From assembly GCA_047601445.1 (NCBI GenBank), contig JASGJH010000001.1:1088001-1152000 (forward strand): a DNA stretch of 64,000 nt, in the 5' to 3' direction. The notes under the pieces are model-generated. The model had not been told where the DNA came from. It did not search any database and saw nothing but the letters and a program-made list of their open reading frames with translations. The position numbers and the translations under genes were made by a program. Positions 20,001-28,900 of the stretch are shown here, piece after piece (position 1 is the first letter of the stretch; each line of letters starts with the position of its first letter). Source of the stretch: Myxococcales bacterium (lineage in GTDB: Bacteria; Myxococcota_A; Polyangia; Polyangiales; DASUME01).

Positions 20001-21558
20001 TAGCCCCGGCACCTGCGGACCCACGCCTACCAAGGTGTGCGCCAACTCTGGCTCCAAGCTGTGCAGTGTGGACAAGGACTGTGGCACGAGCGCCACCTCC
20101 AAGTGCGTGGTGCCCACCTGCAAGGCCACGCTCAACCCGCGCGTGCAGCAGCTCTCCTTCAACACGCCCTACGGCGCTGGCGAGAGCGAGATCTGCGGTC
20201 GCGTCGCCTACAGCGGCTTCCACGTGGCCAATGCCAGCGACAATAGCGGCAAGTACTTCCCGGCCATCTGCGAGGACAAGGAGCTCAGCGCGCAGGAGAA
20301 GATCCTGGCCTTCATGCTGTTCGACTTGGCGACCTGCGTGTCGGCAGGCGATCCCCCGCAGCCCCCGTCGTGTACGTCGCGCACGGTCGTCGACGTGTGT
20401 CCGAACGTGAACGATGCCTGTGGCTACGTGTCCGACGGATGCGGTGGCGTGGTCGACTGCGCAGGCTGCGGCGCGGGCTTCTACTGCGATGGCAACGCTT
20501 GCAAACTCCAGGAGTGCACGCCCACCTCGTGTGCAGCGCTCGGCTTCACCTGTGGTCAGCACGCGGACGGCTGCGGCGGCATCGCGCGCAATGCTCAGGG
20601 CGTGGAGGGCTGCGGCAGCTGTAGCGAGGGTCAGGTCTGCGGCGTGGGCGGCCCCGGGTTGTGCGGCAGCGCAGCTTGCAAGCAGATCGCGAAGGCCACG
20701 GCCTGTCCGGCCAACTCGTGCGGTCTGGTCAGCGACGGTTGTGGCGGCACCTACGACTGCGGCAACTGCACCGGCGGACAAGTCTGCGGCGGCGGCGGCG
20801 CTGGCTTGTGCGGCGCTGGCTCGTGCACCGCGACCTCCAAGGACGTGGCCTGCGCGTCCAAGAACTGCGGTGTCGTGAGTGACGGCTGCGGTGGAACCTA
20901 CGAATGCGGCACGTGCACGCTGCCGGACAACTGCGGCGGTTCCGGTCATCCCAACGTGTGCGGTCACCCGGCCTGCACGCCGTACACTCAGGGCCAAGCC
21001 TGTGCTGGTCTCGAGTGCGGCTGGGTCAGCAACGGCTGCGGTGGCGCGATCCAGTGCGGCACCTGCGCCAACGGCGGCGTGTGCGGCGGCGCGGGCCCGA
21101 ACCTGTGCGGCGCGAGCTGCGAACCGACCACCTGTGTCGCCGAGGGCGCGCAGTGCGGTGCCGTCGGCGACGATTGCGGCGGTATCCTGCAGTGCGGCAA
21201 GTGCCCCTCGGGTCAGACCTGCGGCGCTGGTGGTCCCAACAAGTGCGGCTCCGGCCCAACCTGCGCGCCGCGCAGCTGCACCGATGCGATGGCGGAGTGC
21301 GGGCTCGTCGGCGACGGCTGCGGTGGCGTGCTCGACTGCGGCCCCTGCACGGAAGCGGGCGAGACCTGCGGCGGCGCCGGGGTGCCCAATCAGTGCAGCA
21401 TGGGCACTGGCGGCTGCAACAAGGTCACCTGTGAGATGCGCGGCATCGAGTGCGGCGCTGCCAGCGACGGCTGTGGCGGCGTGCTCGACTGCGGCGGTTG
21501 CGGCTCCGGGTACACCTGCGAGCAATCGCACTGCAAGGAAGTCTTCATCCTCCAGTGA
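17023..21558 (+). CDS. giant Cys-rich repeat lipoprotein (1511 aa) with a central carboxypeptidase-regulatory-like domain and a globular domain
   Basis: Signal ending LVSSAC-GGG; 16 copies of CG-x3-[DN]-x-C-x5-C (two copies have variant spacing); central LTGTVRTPG...PNAIVY...GEFTLEG...LVVKVGKWRR, then LPKVAISTGKVDEMECVFRNIGI...FASHFSY...QEKILAFMLFDL. Confidence 0.88.
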   Translation: MSGSYSRSLSLQFSSSIRFLVASLTLVSSACGGGADGGVIKHQGKPDGGVELQPDGSISDDQPDASLGNCKTQCDADDCGEFVADYCGGHLVCNTQCPEGQVCGLKRADKCDPVMAHCEPMAASAVCAGKCGVVSDGCSGVIVCGSENGGVTCADGQRCDEKMDSATHNACVASSSLCQPQTCASQGIVCGVAGDGCGNILDCTAEVGGCTDGKICGTGANSGKCVEPTHCVAASPAVKCALSCGVVGDDCGGTIDCEASPDTACPSGTTCGGGGEANKCGKGAVCPKLDEATACAGKCGFAEDGCGGAYACTLANGGAVCDPNAGETCVQGVCTAPPCDPKTALELCPGDNAGHKSCGVQPDGCNSQVNCGGCAADETCGLAGPSLCGPNPTCQATPAKTACKGKCGTVADGCGGTYDCDSSNDGVVCQGNEFCGALSPNECGVPASTCTAKSCGDLQHSCGLASDGCGHVINCWSSCDPADKNCAGSCGDNAACLGDENNGGAQRCVAGAPTCTGSLCSALPNNCSASAPTRLTGTVRTPGRQVAGTWTNQLPVPNAIVYIPAEPNTALPGVFEGVDPDNELSCGRCADEKLVADGESVLAAAVSDYRGEFTLEGRIPVGKAFKLVVKVGKWRRVVEVPAGVAQACTSQPLGFDYTRLAAHSTDGSSGTHLPKVAISTGKVDEMECVFRNIGIADAEFTVPSGTGRLHMYRANGAKMANVVTTCTGNYQPPSIACTDTKDGTPNWGCANTQSGCKVSSKGVCSGTYKPPVIACSDSNGGTDNYGCANAKSGCKWKTTTTDISVADSNLYGSLETLEDYDLVVWDCEGGETFEAAPAPANVEAYVDAGGRMFASHFSYVWIEKNGTLDDSADWGMGGSVATGTGLISMPSGSTARVGANPIKSPLFRDWLDWQGALTGTTAGTLTTPLVPQFPITDPRDRAGAKVGPSTDEWVYRDVRFCSNSSGRQCTEDAGCQVCSNNAGKFCTADTDCDSPGTCGPTPTKVCANSGSKLCSVDKDCGTSATSKCVVPTCKATLNPRVQQLSFNTPYGAGESEICGRVAYSGFHVANASDNSGKYFPAICEDKELSAQEKILAFMLFDLATCVSAGDPPQPPSCTSRTVVDVCPNVNDACGYVSDGCGGVVDCAGCGAGFYCDGNACKLQECTPTSCAALGFTCGQHADGCGGIARNAQGVEGCGSCSEGQVCGVGGPGLCGSAACKQIAKATACPANSCGLVSDGCGGTYDCGNCTGGQVCGGGGAGLCGAGSCTATSKDVACASKNCGVVSDGCGGTYECGTCTLPDNCGGSGHPNVCGHPACTPYTQGQACAGLECGWVSNGCGGAIQCGTCANGGVCGGAGPNLCGASCEPTTCVAEGAQCGAVGDDCGGILQCGKCPSGQTCGAGGPNKCGSGPTCAPRSCTDAMAECGLVGDGCGGVLDCGPCTEAGETCGGAGVPNQCSMGTGGCNKVTCEMRGIECGAASDGCGGVLDCGGCGSGYTCEQSHCKEVFILQ

Positions 21559-21594
21559 ACGCGCGTGGGCCGAGGGAGGCGTTGGCAGAGGCCG

Positions 21595-22629
21595 TCAAAA
21601 GCGGCCGCGCACCGAGACCTGCAGCTGCCCCGGCCCCGCGTTGGCTCCGTAGTCGAGCGCCTTACGCAGGCTCTCGCGACGCGTGAGCAATGCCCGGCGT
21701 TGGTTCTTCACCGCGCGGTTGATCTCGCGGTTGCGCGACAGGCGCATGCCGCCGGCGACGCCGACGATGAGGCCCGCTGCAGCGAGGCCCGTGAAAGCGT
21801 AGCTGGTGCGTCGCAAGGTCGTTTCGTCTGAGCGGTCCGCAGACCCGTCCCCGTTGACGTCGTAGTTGCGGTCGGGCTCGCGCTGGTGCTGCAGGCCCTC
21901 GGCCGCCCCGAAGCAACTCAGCGCGACCGTGGAGAAGGCCAGCGCGCTTCCGTAGCCGATCACCATCTGCACGATGGGCCCTGCGATGTGAGCACGGCCG
22001 TAGCGCAGGGCAATCAGCTCGCGCTCCACGTTTCCGAGCGCGACCGTCAGCGCGGCGCGCCGCTCGGCTTCCTGCCGCGCCGCCTCTGAGCCGAGTGGGA
22101 CCAGCACGTAGCCGGGAGGCGCCGTGGGGGGCTGTTGGGGGACCAACATCAAAGGAGGGGGCGCTGGGAGCGGACCGGAACTCGGCGTCGGGGTGACCAC
22201 GGACGCGCTCCCCGGGGCAGGCGCGACGAAGACCCCGGGGTAGGCGGGCTGCGTGTACGGAGCCGGCGCGGTGGCTGGCGCCGGCGACACGACAGGGGGC
22301 TGCACGTAGTAGTAGCCGGGAGGTGGGGACGCGACCGGGGCCGGCGGCGCGTAGGGCTGCGCGCCCGCGGCGACGTCGGGGTAGGGAGCCGCCTGCGCGG
22401 GTGGAACGGCCTCGGGTTGGGGCAGGCCCTCCGGAGCGACCGGAATCTCCGCGGTGGCAGGGATGGTGTGTTCGGTGACGTACTTGCGCTGCCGCTTGAA
22501 GGCCTTCTGCTGTGCGTGTGCAGTGGGCCCGCTTGCGACCACCACGAGCAGACCTCCGACCAACGCCCAAGCGTGTCCGCGTCGCCATTCCCAAGACGGT
22601 AACAATCCACGTCGCGCAGTACTGAGCAT
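21595..22629 (-). CDS. secreted/membrane protein with Pro-rich linker, two C-terminal hydrophobic segments and an EF-hand-like loop
   Basis: Signal peptide ending AHA, long P/A/Y-rich stretch, DVNGDGSADRSD, C-terminal SVRGRF. Confidence 0.7.
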   Translation of the reverse strand: MLSTARRGLLPSWEWRRGHAWALVGGLLVVVASGPTAHAQQKAFKRQRKYVTEHTIPATAEIPVAPEGLPQPEAVPPAQAAPYPDVAAGAQPYAPPAPVASPPPGYYYVQPPVVSPAPATAPAPYTQPAYPGVFVAPAPGSASVVTPTPSSGPLPAPPPLMLVPQQPPTAPPGYVLVPLGSEAARQEAERRAALTVALGNVERELIALRYGRAHIAGPIVQMVIGYGSALAFSTVALSCFGAAEGLQHQREPDRNYDVNGDGSADRSDETTLRRTSYAFTGLAAAGLIVGVAGGMRLSRNREINRAVKNQRRALLTRRESLRKALDYGANAGPGQLQVSVRGRF

Positions 22630-22855
22630 GGCCGATCAGTCTCCCTCGGTTGTTCGTGCCCACACGGACATCGAACGTTCAACACTTCGCCGATTCGATT
22701 CTGTGCCGCGATTCCCTTAGGTGCCTGCGATCGACCAATCACCCTGAAATCGCGCTCCCACCGCCGACCTTCCCGGAATAGCTTTGCCCGCGCAACGAGT
22801 TGCATGCGACTTGCGACGCCAACACGGTGCGCGCTCCTCCCGAAAGCATCCACCC

Positions 22856-23818
22856 ATGCTCGCTTGGCTCGATCCGACGCCTTTGCTGTTGCCCTTGACC
22901 CGCGCGAAGTCTTTCCAAGATCCCGTGTTGTTGGGCAGTCCGCGCCTAAATCGCTGGGGACTCCATCGCCTGCGGGTTCGGCTCGCCTACGCCGTCAACC
23001 GCAGGCGCCGCAAGCGGCTGGCACACCGCCTGGATCCGCGCGACCGAGAAGCTTTCGATCGCGATGGCTTCGTGATGCTTCCGAACTTCCTGCCCCAGGC
23101 TGCGTTCGATGCTCTGGTCGCGCAGGTGAGGGCGTTGCGGGTGGACGTCAAGGAGCGCGCGGAAGGCAGCACCCTCTTGCGCAAGGTTCCTGTCGGTCGC
23201 ACCGTGCTGTCGTCAGCTCCGGCCCTGAGGCGCTTGTTCGAAGACCACCGCTTCACGGCATTGATGTCGTACGGTGAGGGCACGGCGAGCGCTCCTGCTT
23301 ACTACCTGCAGACCGTGAAACAAGGGCATCTGCAAGGTCGCGCGGATCCTCAATGCGCCCTCCACCGCGACACCTTTCATCCCACCGTGAAGGCCTGGCT
23401 GTACCTGACCGACGTCCCGGCGGAGGCAGGTCCGCTGGTCTACGTACCGGGCTCCCATCATCTCAACGAAGCGCGTCTGGCCTGGGAGAAGCAGCAGAGC
23501 CTGTCTTCCATCGCCGGCAACAAGGCTGGGGCATTTCGCATCGGAGCGCACGAGTTGCCGGGGCTTCACTACGGACAGCCGCGCACGTTGGCTGTGAGCG
23601 CCAACACGCTGGTGGTGGCCGACACCTTCGGCTTCCACGCACGCGGGACGAGCAGCGGTCCTTCGACACGCATGGAGGTCTGGGCCATCGGTCGAAGAGC
23701 GCCCTTCTTGAACGCTTGGGTCGAGGCCGCACTATCCAAACTGCTCCGCCGTGGCAAAGCTACACTCTGGCGAGTGCGCGCTGCCGGCGACGCGCAAGAC
23801 GAGGCCAGCGCGATGTGA
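22856..23818 (+). CDS. phytanoyl-CoA dioxygenase (PhyH) family Fe(II)/2OG oxygenase
   Basis: FDRDGFVMLPNFL, HxD (LHRDTF), GPLVYVPGSH, DTFGFHARG. Confidence 0.88.
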   Translation: MLAWLDPTPLLLPLTRAKSFQDPVLLGSPRLNRWGLHRLRVRLAYAVNRRRRKRLAHRLDPRDREAFDRDGFVMLPNFLPQAAFDALVAQVRALRVDVKERAEGSTLLRKVPVGRTVLSSAPALRRLFEDHRFTALMSYGEGTASAPAYYLQTVKQGHLQGRADPQCALHRDTFHPTVKAWLYLTDVPAEAGPLVYVPGSHHLNEARLAWEKQQSLSSIAGNKAGAFRIGAHELPGLHYGQPRTLAVSANTLVVADTFGFHARGTSSGPSTRMEVWAIGRRAPFLNAWVEAALSKLLRRGKATLWRVRAAGDAQDEASAM

Positions 23819-23961
23819 CCGCGACTGCGCGAGGCACCCACTGGAGCATTCGTGGACGGTCCGAGCGGGGAGAAATTCCACACGCTTTGAGAACTTCCTC
23901 CCAACGACGTCAGCCCCTCCCATTGGGATGCTTTAAGGCGCAATATCGTCCGGAGTTGTCT

Positions 23962-24324
23962 GTGATCCCTTCGAGCGTGCCTCCTGCATCCGGTTCCCGC
24001 TTCGCCCACGACGGCCTGGCCTTTGCGCGCACGCCGGGGAGCCAACTCGCGCTCGCACGCTTCAGTCGGGCGCGCTCCTTCGTCCTGGTGTGCCTCCTGT
24101 TCGGCGCGTTGGCGGCCACGCAGGTCAGCATCCCTCAGGGCGAACACCCACTGCTGGTCGCCTTCGGCCTGTGTTGTCTGGCGCTGCTCACCGAGCAGCT
24201 TGCCCGCGCCTGTCTGATCCGAGAGCTCGCGCTGGAGGCTCGCAATAGCGGCTTGAGCGCCTCCACGGCCAGGCACCACGCCTCGGCATTCCTGAGCCGC
24301 ATCTTGCGGGACTACATGCCGTAA
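23962..24324 (+). CDS. small hypothetical membrane protein
   Basis: GTG 23962 after GGAG; two hydrophobic segments; 3' part of ORF 23353-24324. Confidence 0.45.
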   Translation: MIPSSVPPASGSRFAHDGLAFARTPGSQLALARFSRARSFVLVCLLFGALAATQVSIPQGEHPLLVAFGLCCLALLTEQLARACLIRELALEARNSGLSASTARHHASAFLSRILRDYMP

Positions 24325-24330
24325 AGGGCG

Positions 24331-24356
24331 CGGCCCGCCTCAGAGAGCGCGGGCCG
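24331..24356. terminator. GC-rich hairpin between convergent genes
   Basis: CGGCCCGC-N10-GCGGGCCG. Confidence 0.4.
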
Positions 24357-24413
24357 AAGAGGTTTCTGAAACGCGGGCGCGGGGGGCTCGAACGAACCGC
24401 GAGTCCGCTGCGC

Positions 24414-25880
24414 TCAGAGCTTCCAGCCGCCGCCCAGGGACTGGTAGATGCTCACGATCGCCTGCAGCTGACGGTTCTTGGTCTCGATCAGCTCCATCTG
24501 AGCTTCCAGCGAGTCACGCCGCGTCAGCAAGACTTCCATGTAGTCTGCGCGCGCGGACTGGAACAGGATGGTCGAGATCTCGATGGACTGCACGAGCTTG
24601 TCGACCTGTTGGGACTGCAAGTCGTAACCCTTCTTCAGGTTGTCGGCCCGGGCCAGCGTGTTGACGACCTCGGTGAAGGCCTTCAACACCGTCTGTTCAT
24701 AGTGGAAGACGGCCTGCAGCTGCTGCGCATTGGCCGCGTAGTACTGCGCCTTGATGCCGCGTCGATTCAGCAACGGCGCCACCAGGTTGCCCGCGATGTT
24801 GTAGGCGATCGACGCCGGGGTCGCGACCAGGTGCTTGATGTTGAAGGACTCGTAGCCCACGCCCGCATCGAGCTTCAGCGAGGGATAGAACGACGCCTTG
24901 GCCGACTTCACGTCGAGCTTGGACGCCTCGAGCTCCAGCTCCGCCGCGCGCACGTCCGGACGGTTGTCCAGGAGCTCCGACGGGATACCGGCCCCCACCA
25001 CCTCGGGCAGCGGCTGGTTGAACTTCTCGGAGTTGCGCTTCACGGGCTGCGGCGGGCGAGCCAGCAGGAAGTTGATGCGGTTTTCCGCCTCGATGCGCTC
25101 CTGCTCGAGCTTGTATTGGCGGCTCTGGTTCTTGAGCACTTCGGCCTCGAAGCGCTGCACGGCCAGCTCGGTCGCGCGCGCGGCCTCCTTTTGGAACTTC
25201 ACCATCTCGAGGGCGTGTTGCTGGATCTCGATGTTGCTCTTCAACACGTCCAGCTGGTTATCGAGCGCCATCAACTCGTAGTAGGAGGCAGCCACCTCAG
25301 CCACGAGCTGGGTGATCATGAAGTTTCTGCCCTCGACGGTGGCGAGGTAGCGGAGGTTGGCCGCCTTTGCCGCGTTGCGCAGCTTCTTCCAGATGTCGAC
25401 TTCCCAGGAGGCGCGGAAGCCGAATCCGTAGCCTTGCAAGTGCTGGGGCACGCCGTTCTTCGAATCGAGCACGCCGAAACGCGTGTGCTCGCCGACCCGC
25501 TCGATGCCGGCACCCACCTGAGCATCCACGTGGGGGAGGTATTCGCCCGTGCGACCGAGCACCTCGGCCTTGGCGATCATGATCTCCTGGAGCCGTATGT
25601 TGAGCTCCTGGTTGTTCTTGAGGGCTGCGGCGATCAGGGATTGCAGGTCGGGATCATCGAAGAACTCGTTCCAGGTCTTCTGCGCCGCGTTCGGGGCACC
25701 CGAGGCTGCGGCCGAGCTCACTTGAGCACCCGCGAAGGTGTTGGGTACGGCCTTGCTCGCGTCGCGCGGCGGGTTGCTCTCGAGGGACGGTGCGCAGCTC
25801 GTCGTCAGCATCGAGATACAGAGGAGTGCGCAGGCGCTAGTGCGGCCTGTCCTATTCAGCATGGTGCATTGCCTCTTCAT
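24414..25880 (-). CDS. RND efflux outer membrane lipoprotein (NodT/OprM/TolC family)
   Basis: Lipobox LTTSC, WNEFFDDPDLQSLI, ASWEVDIW, LLDNRPDVRAAE, YQSLGGGW. Confidence 0.95.
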   Translation of the reverse strand: MKRQCTMLNRTGRTSACALLCISMLTTSCAPSLESNPPRDASKAVPNTFAGAQVSSAAASGAPNAAQKTWNEFFDDPDLQSLIAAALKNNQELNIRLQEIMIAKAEVLGRTGEYLPHVDAQVGAGIERVGEHTRFGVLDSKNGVPQHLQGYGFGFRASWEVDIWKKLRNAAKAANLRYLATVEGRNFMITQLVAEVAASYYELMALDNQLDVLKSNIEIQQHALEMVKFQKEAARATELAVQRFEAEVLKNQSRQYKLEQERIEAENRINFLLARPPQPVKRNSEKFNQPLPEVVGAGIPSELLDNRPDVRAAELELEASKLDVKSAKASFYPSLKLDAGVGYESFNIKHLVATPASIAYNIAGNLVAPLLNRRGIKAQYYAANAQQLQAVFHYEQTVLKAFTEVVNTLARADNLKKGYDLQSQQVDKLVQSIEISTILFQSARADYMEVLLTRRDSLEAQMELIETKNRQLQAIVSIYQSLGGGWKL

Positions 25881-25926
25881 GGTGCGTCACTTCGCGAGTC
25901 TAAGAGCTGGCGCCCCGACCGAGTTT

Positions 25927-28900
25927 CTAGGCGTGGCCGTGTTCTGCGTCCGAATCCGGTGGAATCGGCTTGTGTTCGAGGAGCTCGGAGAGGGGCTCGT
26001 CGGCTTCGTCCCTGATCAGCGCGCGCCCGTCAGCCAGCTTCGCGACCAGGTAGTACAGGCCGGGAATCACGAAGACACCGACGAGTGTGCCCATCAACAT
26101 GCCGCCGACGCCGGTGGAGCCGATGGTCCGATTTCCAATCGCGCCTGCGCCGGTGGCGCGGACCAGGGGGACGAGACCCACGATGAAGGCAAATGACGTC
26201 ATCATGATCGGCCGGAATCGCAAGCGGGCGCCTTCGATACCCGCATCGACGATGCTCAAGCCTTCTCGGCGGCGCTGCACCGCGAACTCGATGATCAAGA
26301 TCGCGTTCTTGCCCAAGAGACCGACCAGCATGACGAGACCTATCTGGGCGTAGACGTCATTGGCCAACCCCAGCGCTCTGAGGAGTGCGAACGAACCGAA
26401 GACGCCGATAGGCAGCGAGATGATGACGCCGAGCGGGATGATGAAGCTCTCGTACTGCCCGACCAGCACCAGGTACACGAACAAGACGACGATCAAGAAG
26501 ATGTACAGTGCCTCGTTGCCGGCCTTCGCCTCGTCATAGGCCAAACCTGCCCAGTCGATGTCGAACCCGCGAGGCAGCGTCTGTTTCGCGACCTCTTTGA
26601 TCGCCTCGATGGCCTGACCACTGCTGTAGCCCTTGGCTGGAGACGCCTGGATGGGAGCGGTGGGGTACAGGTTGTAGCGGTTGATTTCGTTCAACCCCTG
26701 ATCCTTGCGGAGGTGCATGAACGCCGAGTAGGGCACCATCTCGCCCTTGTCGTTCTTGAGGAACATGTTGTCGAAGTCCTTGGGAAAGCGCCGGAACTCG
26801 GGCTTGGCCTGGACGTAGACCTTGTAGAACTGGCCGAAGCGGACGAAGCCCTGCTCCCAGGTGCTGCCCACGACGATGGAGAGGTTGTCCATGGCGTCGC
26901 GGATCGACACGCCCTTCTGCATGGCCGCCTGGTTGTCGATGACGACCTCGTACTGAGGATAGTTGGCGGCGAAGAACGTGAAGAGACCGGCGAGCTCCTT
27001 GCGCTTGCGCAAGGCGGCCATGAACTTGTCCGTCACTTCGCCGAGCTGCTTGTAGTCGCCACTGTTCGTCTTATCGAGCAGGTTGAGCGACACGCCGCCC
27101 GCCATACCGAAGCCGGGCACCGCGGGCGGCTCGAAGAACTCGAGCTTCACGTCGGCGATCTTGTGGGCTCTTTCCTCGAGCTCCTCGATGATCTCCTTGG
27201 AGGTTCGCGTGCGCTCGTTCCATGGCTTCAAGTTGATGAGAACCGTACCCGCGTTGGAGCCACGGCCTTCGGTCAACACCTCGTAGCCAGCCACCGAGGC
27301 CACCGCGGCAACTTCTTCGAGCTCCTTGCAGATGACCTGTAGCTCGTGGCTCTTGGCGTTCGTGTACTCGAGGGTCGAGCCAGGGGGAGTCTGGATAATT
27401 CCATAGATCATGCCCTGGTCTTCCATCGGGATGAAGCCGCTCGGGAGGACCTTGCTCACCGCCACGATGCCGAAGCAGAAGCCGCCGATCATGAGCATGG
27501 TGAGCAGGCGACGGGAGATGATGCGGCTCACGATGGCGGCGTATACCCCTGTCACCTTCTCGACGGCACGGTCGAACGCCTTCACGAACACGCCGATGGG
27601 TCCGCGCTTCTTCTCGGTTCCGTCGGTCCCGGAGAAGGCGGCTCGGAACGAGGCGAAGGCGAGGCCCGCGACGAGGGCCGCGATGACGTAGATCTTCGTC
27701 GGCGTAAGCTCGAGCTGCTCGCTCAATAGCTCGTGGACGATTTCGTTGTGGAGCACGAAGTAGGTCGCGACGCCGACCAGCAGGCCGAGCACCGCGGTGA
27801 CCGCGGTGCGTAGGGCAGGCGCCCTGTCGCCCGACTGACTGATGCGACGGTTGAGGACGCCGACCAGGCCGCCTTGCGGTTTGACCTGGCCATGGGGCTT
27901 CAGAATCATCGCGCAGAGAACCGGCGTGAGGGTCAGCGCGACGACGCCGGAGAGCACGATGGACGAGGCCATCGTCAGGCCGAACTGGCGGTAGAACACG
28001 CCCACCGGCCCCGGCACGAACGTCACAGGGATGAACACGGCCGTCATCACCAGCGTGATCGCGATGATGGCGCCGCTGATCTCGTGGACGACCTCCAGCG
28101 TCGCTCTGTATGGCGAAAGGTGTTTTGTGTGCATCTTCTCGTGCACGGCCTCGACCACCACGATGGCGTCGTCGACGACGACGCCGATGGCGAGCACCAA
28201 CGCGAAGAGCGTGATCAAGTTAATCGATAGGCCTAGCGACTTCATGAAGAAGAAGCTGCCTATGAGCGAGACGGGAACCGCCAGCGTCGGGATCAACGTG
28301 CTGCGGAAGTCCCCCAGGAAGAGGAAGACCACCAACGACACCAGCACGAACGCTTCGAACAGTGTGTGGAGCACCTTCTCGATGGAGGCGTCGAGGAAGG
28401 CCGAGACGTCGTAGGTGATCTTGTAGTCCATCCCCGGGGGGAAGCGTTCCTTCTTGATCTCCTCGAGCTTCGCCTTGACCTCCGCGATGACGTCTGCGGC
28501 GTTGGATCCCGGTGTCTGCTTGAGCACGATGGCCGCTGAGGCCTGGCCGTCGAGGTCCGAGTAGAGATCGTAGAAGGAGGAACCGAGGCGAACCTTGGCG
28601 ACGTCGCGTAGGCGCAGGACCTCGCCGTCGGGGTTCGCTCTGAGGATGATGCCCTCGTACTGCTCCGGGGTCGTATAGCGACCGATCCAGGTCAACACGT
28701 ACTCGCGCGTCTGCGAGGTAGTGCCCGTGGCTTGGCCGAGGCGGCCGGGCGAGCCGATCATGCTCTGATCGTTGAGCGCCTTCATGACCTCTTCGGCAGA
28801 GATCCGGTAGGCGCGCATGCGGTCCATATCCAGCTCGACGCGCATCGCATATGCGCGGTTGCCGAGGATGTTGGCCTGACCGACGCCGCGGATGCGCTGG

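Noticed and set aside
17089..21531. 1480-aa ORF antisense to the giant Cys-rich gene
   Set aside because: Ala-rich mirror of TGC/GGC codons with no motifs; long antisense ORFs are expected in high-GC coding DNA.
22800..22815. Sigma-54-like promoter TTGCAT-N5-TTGC upstream of the PhyH gene
   Set aside because: Lacks the invariant GG at -24.
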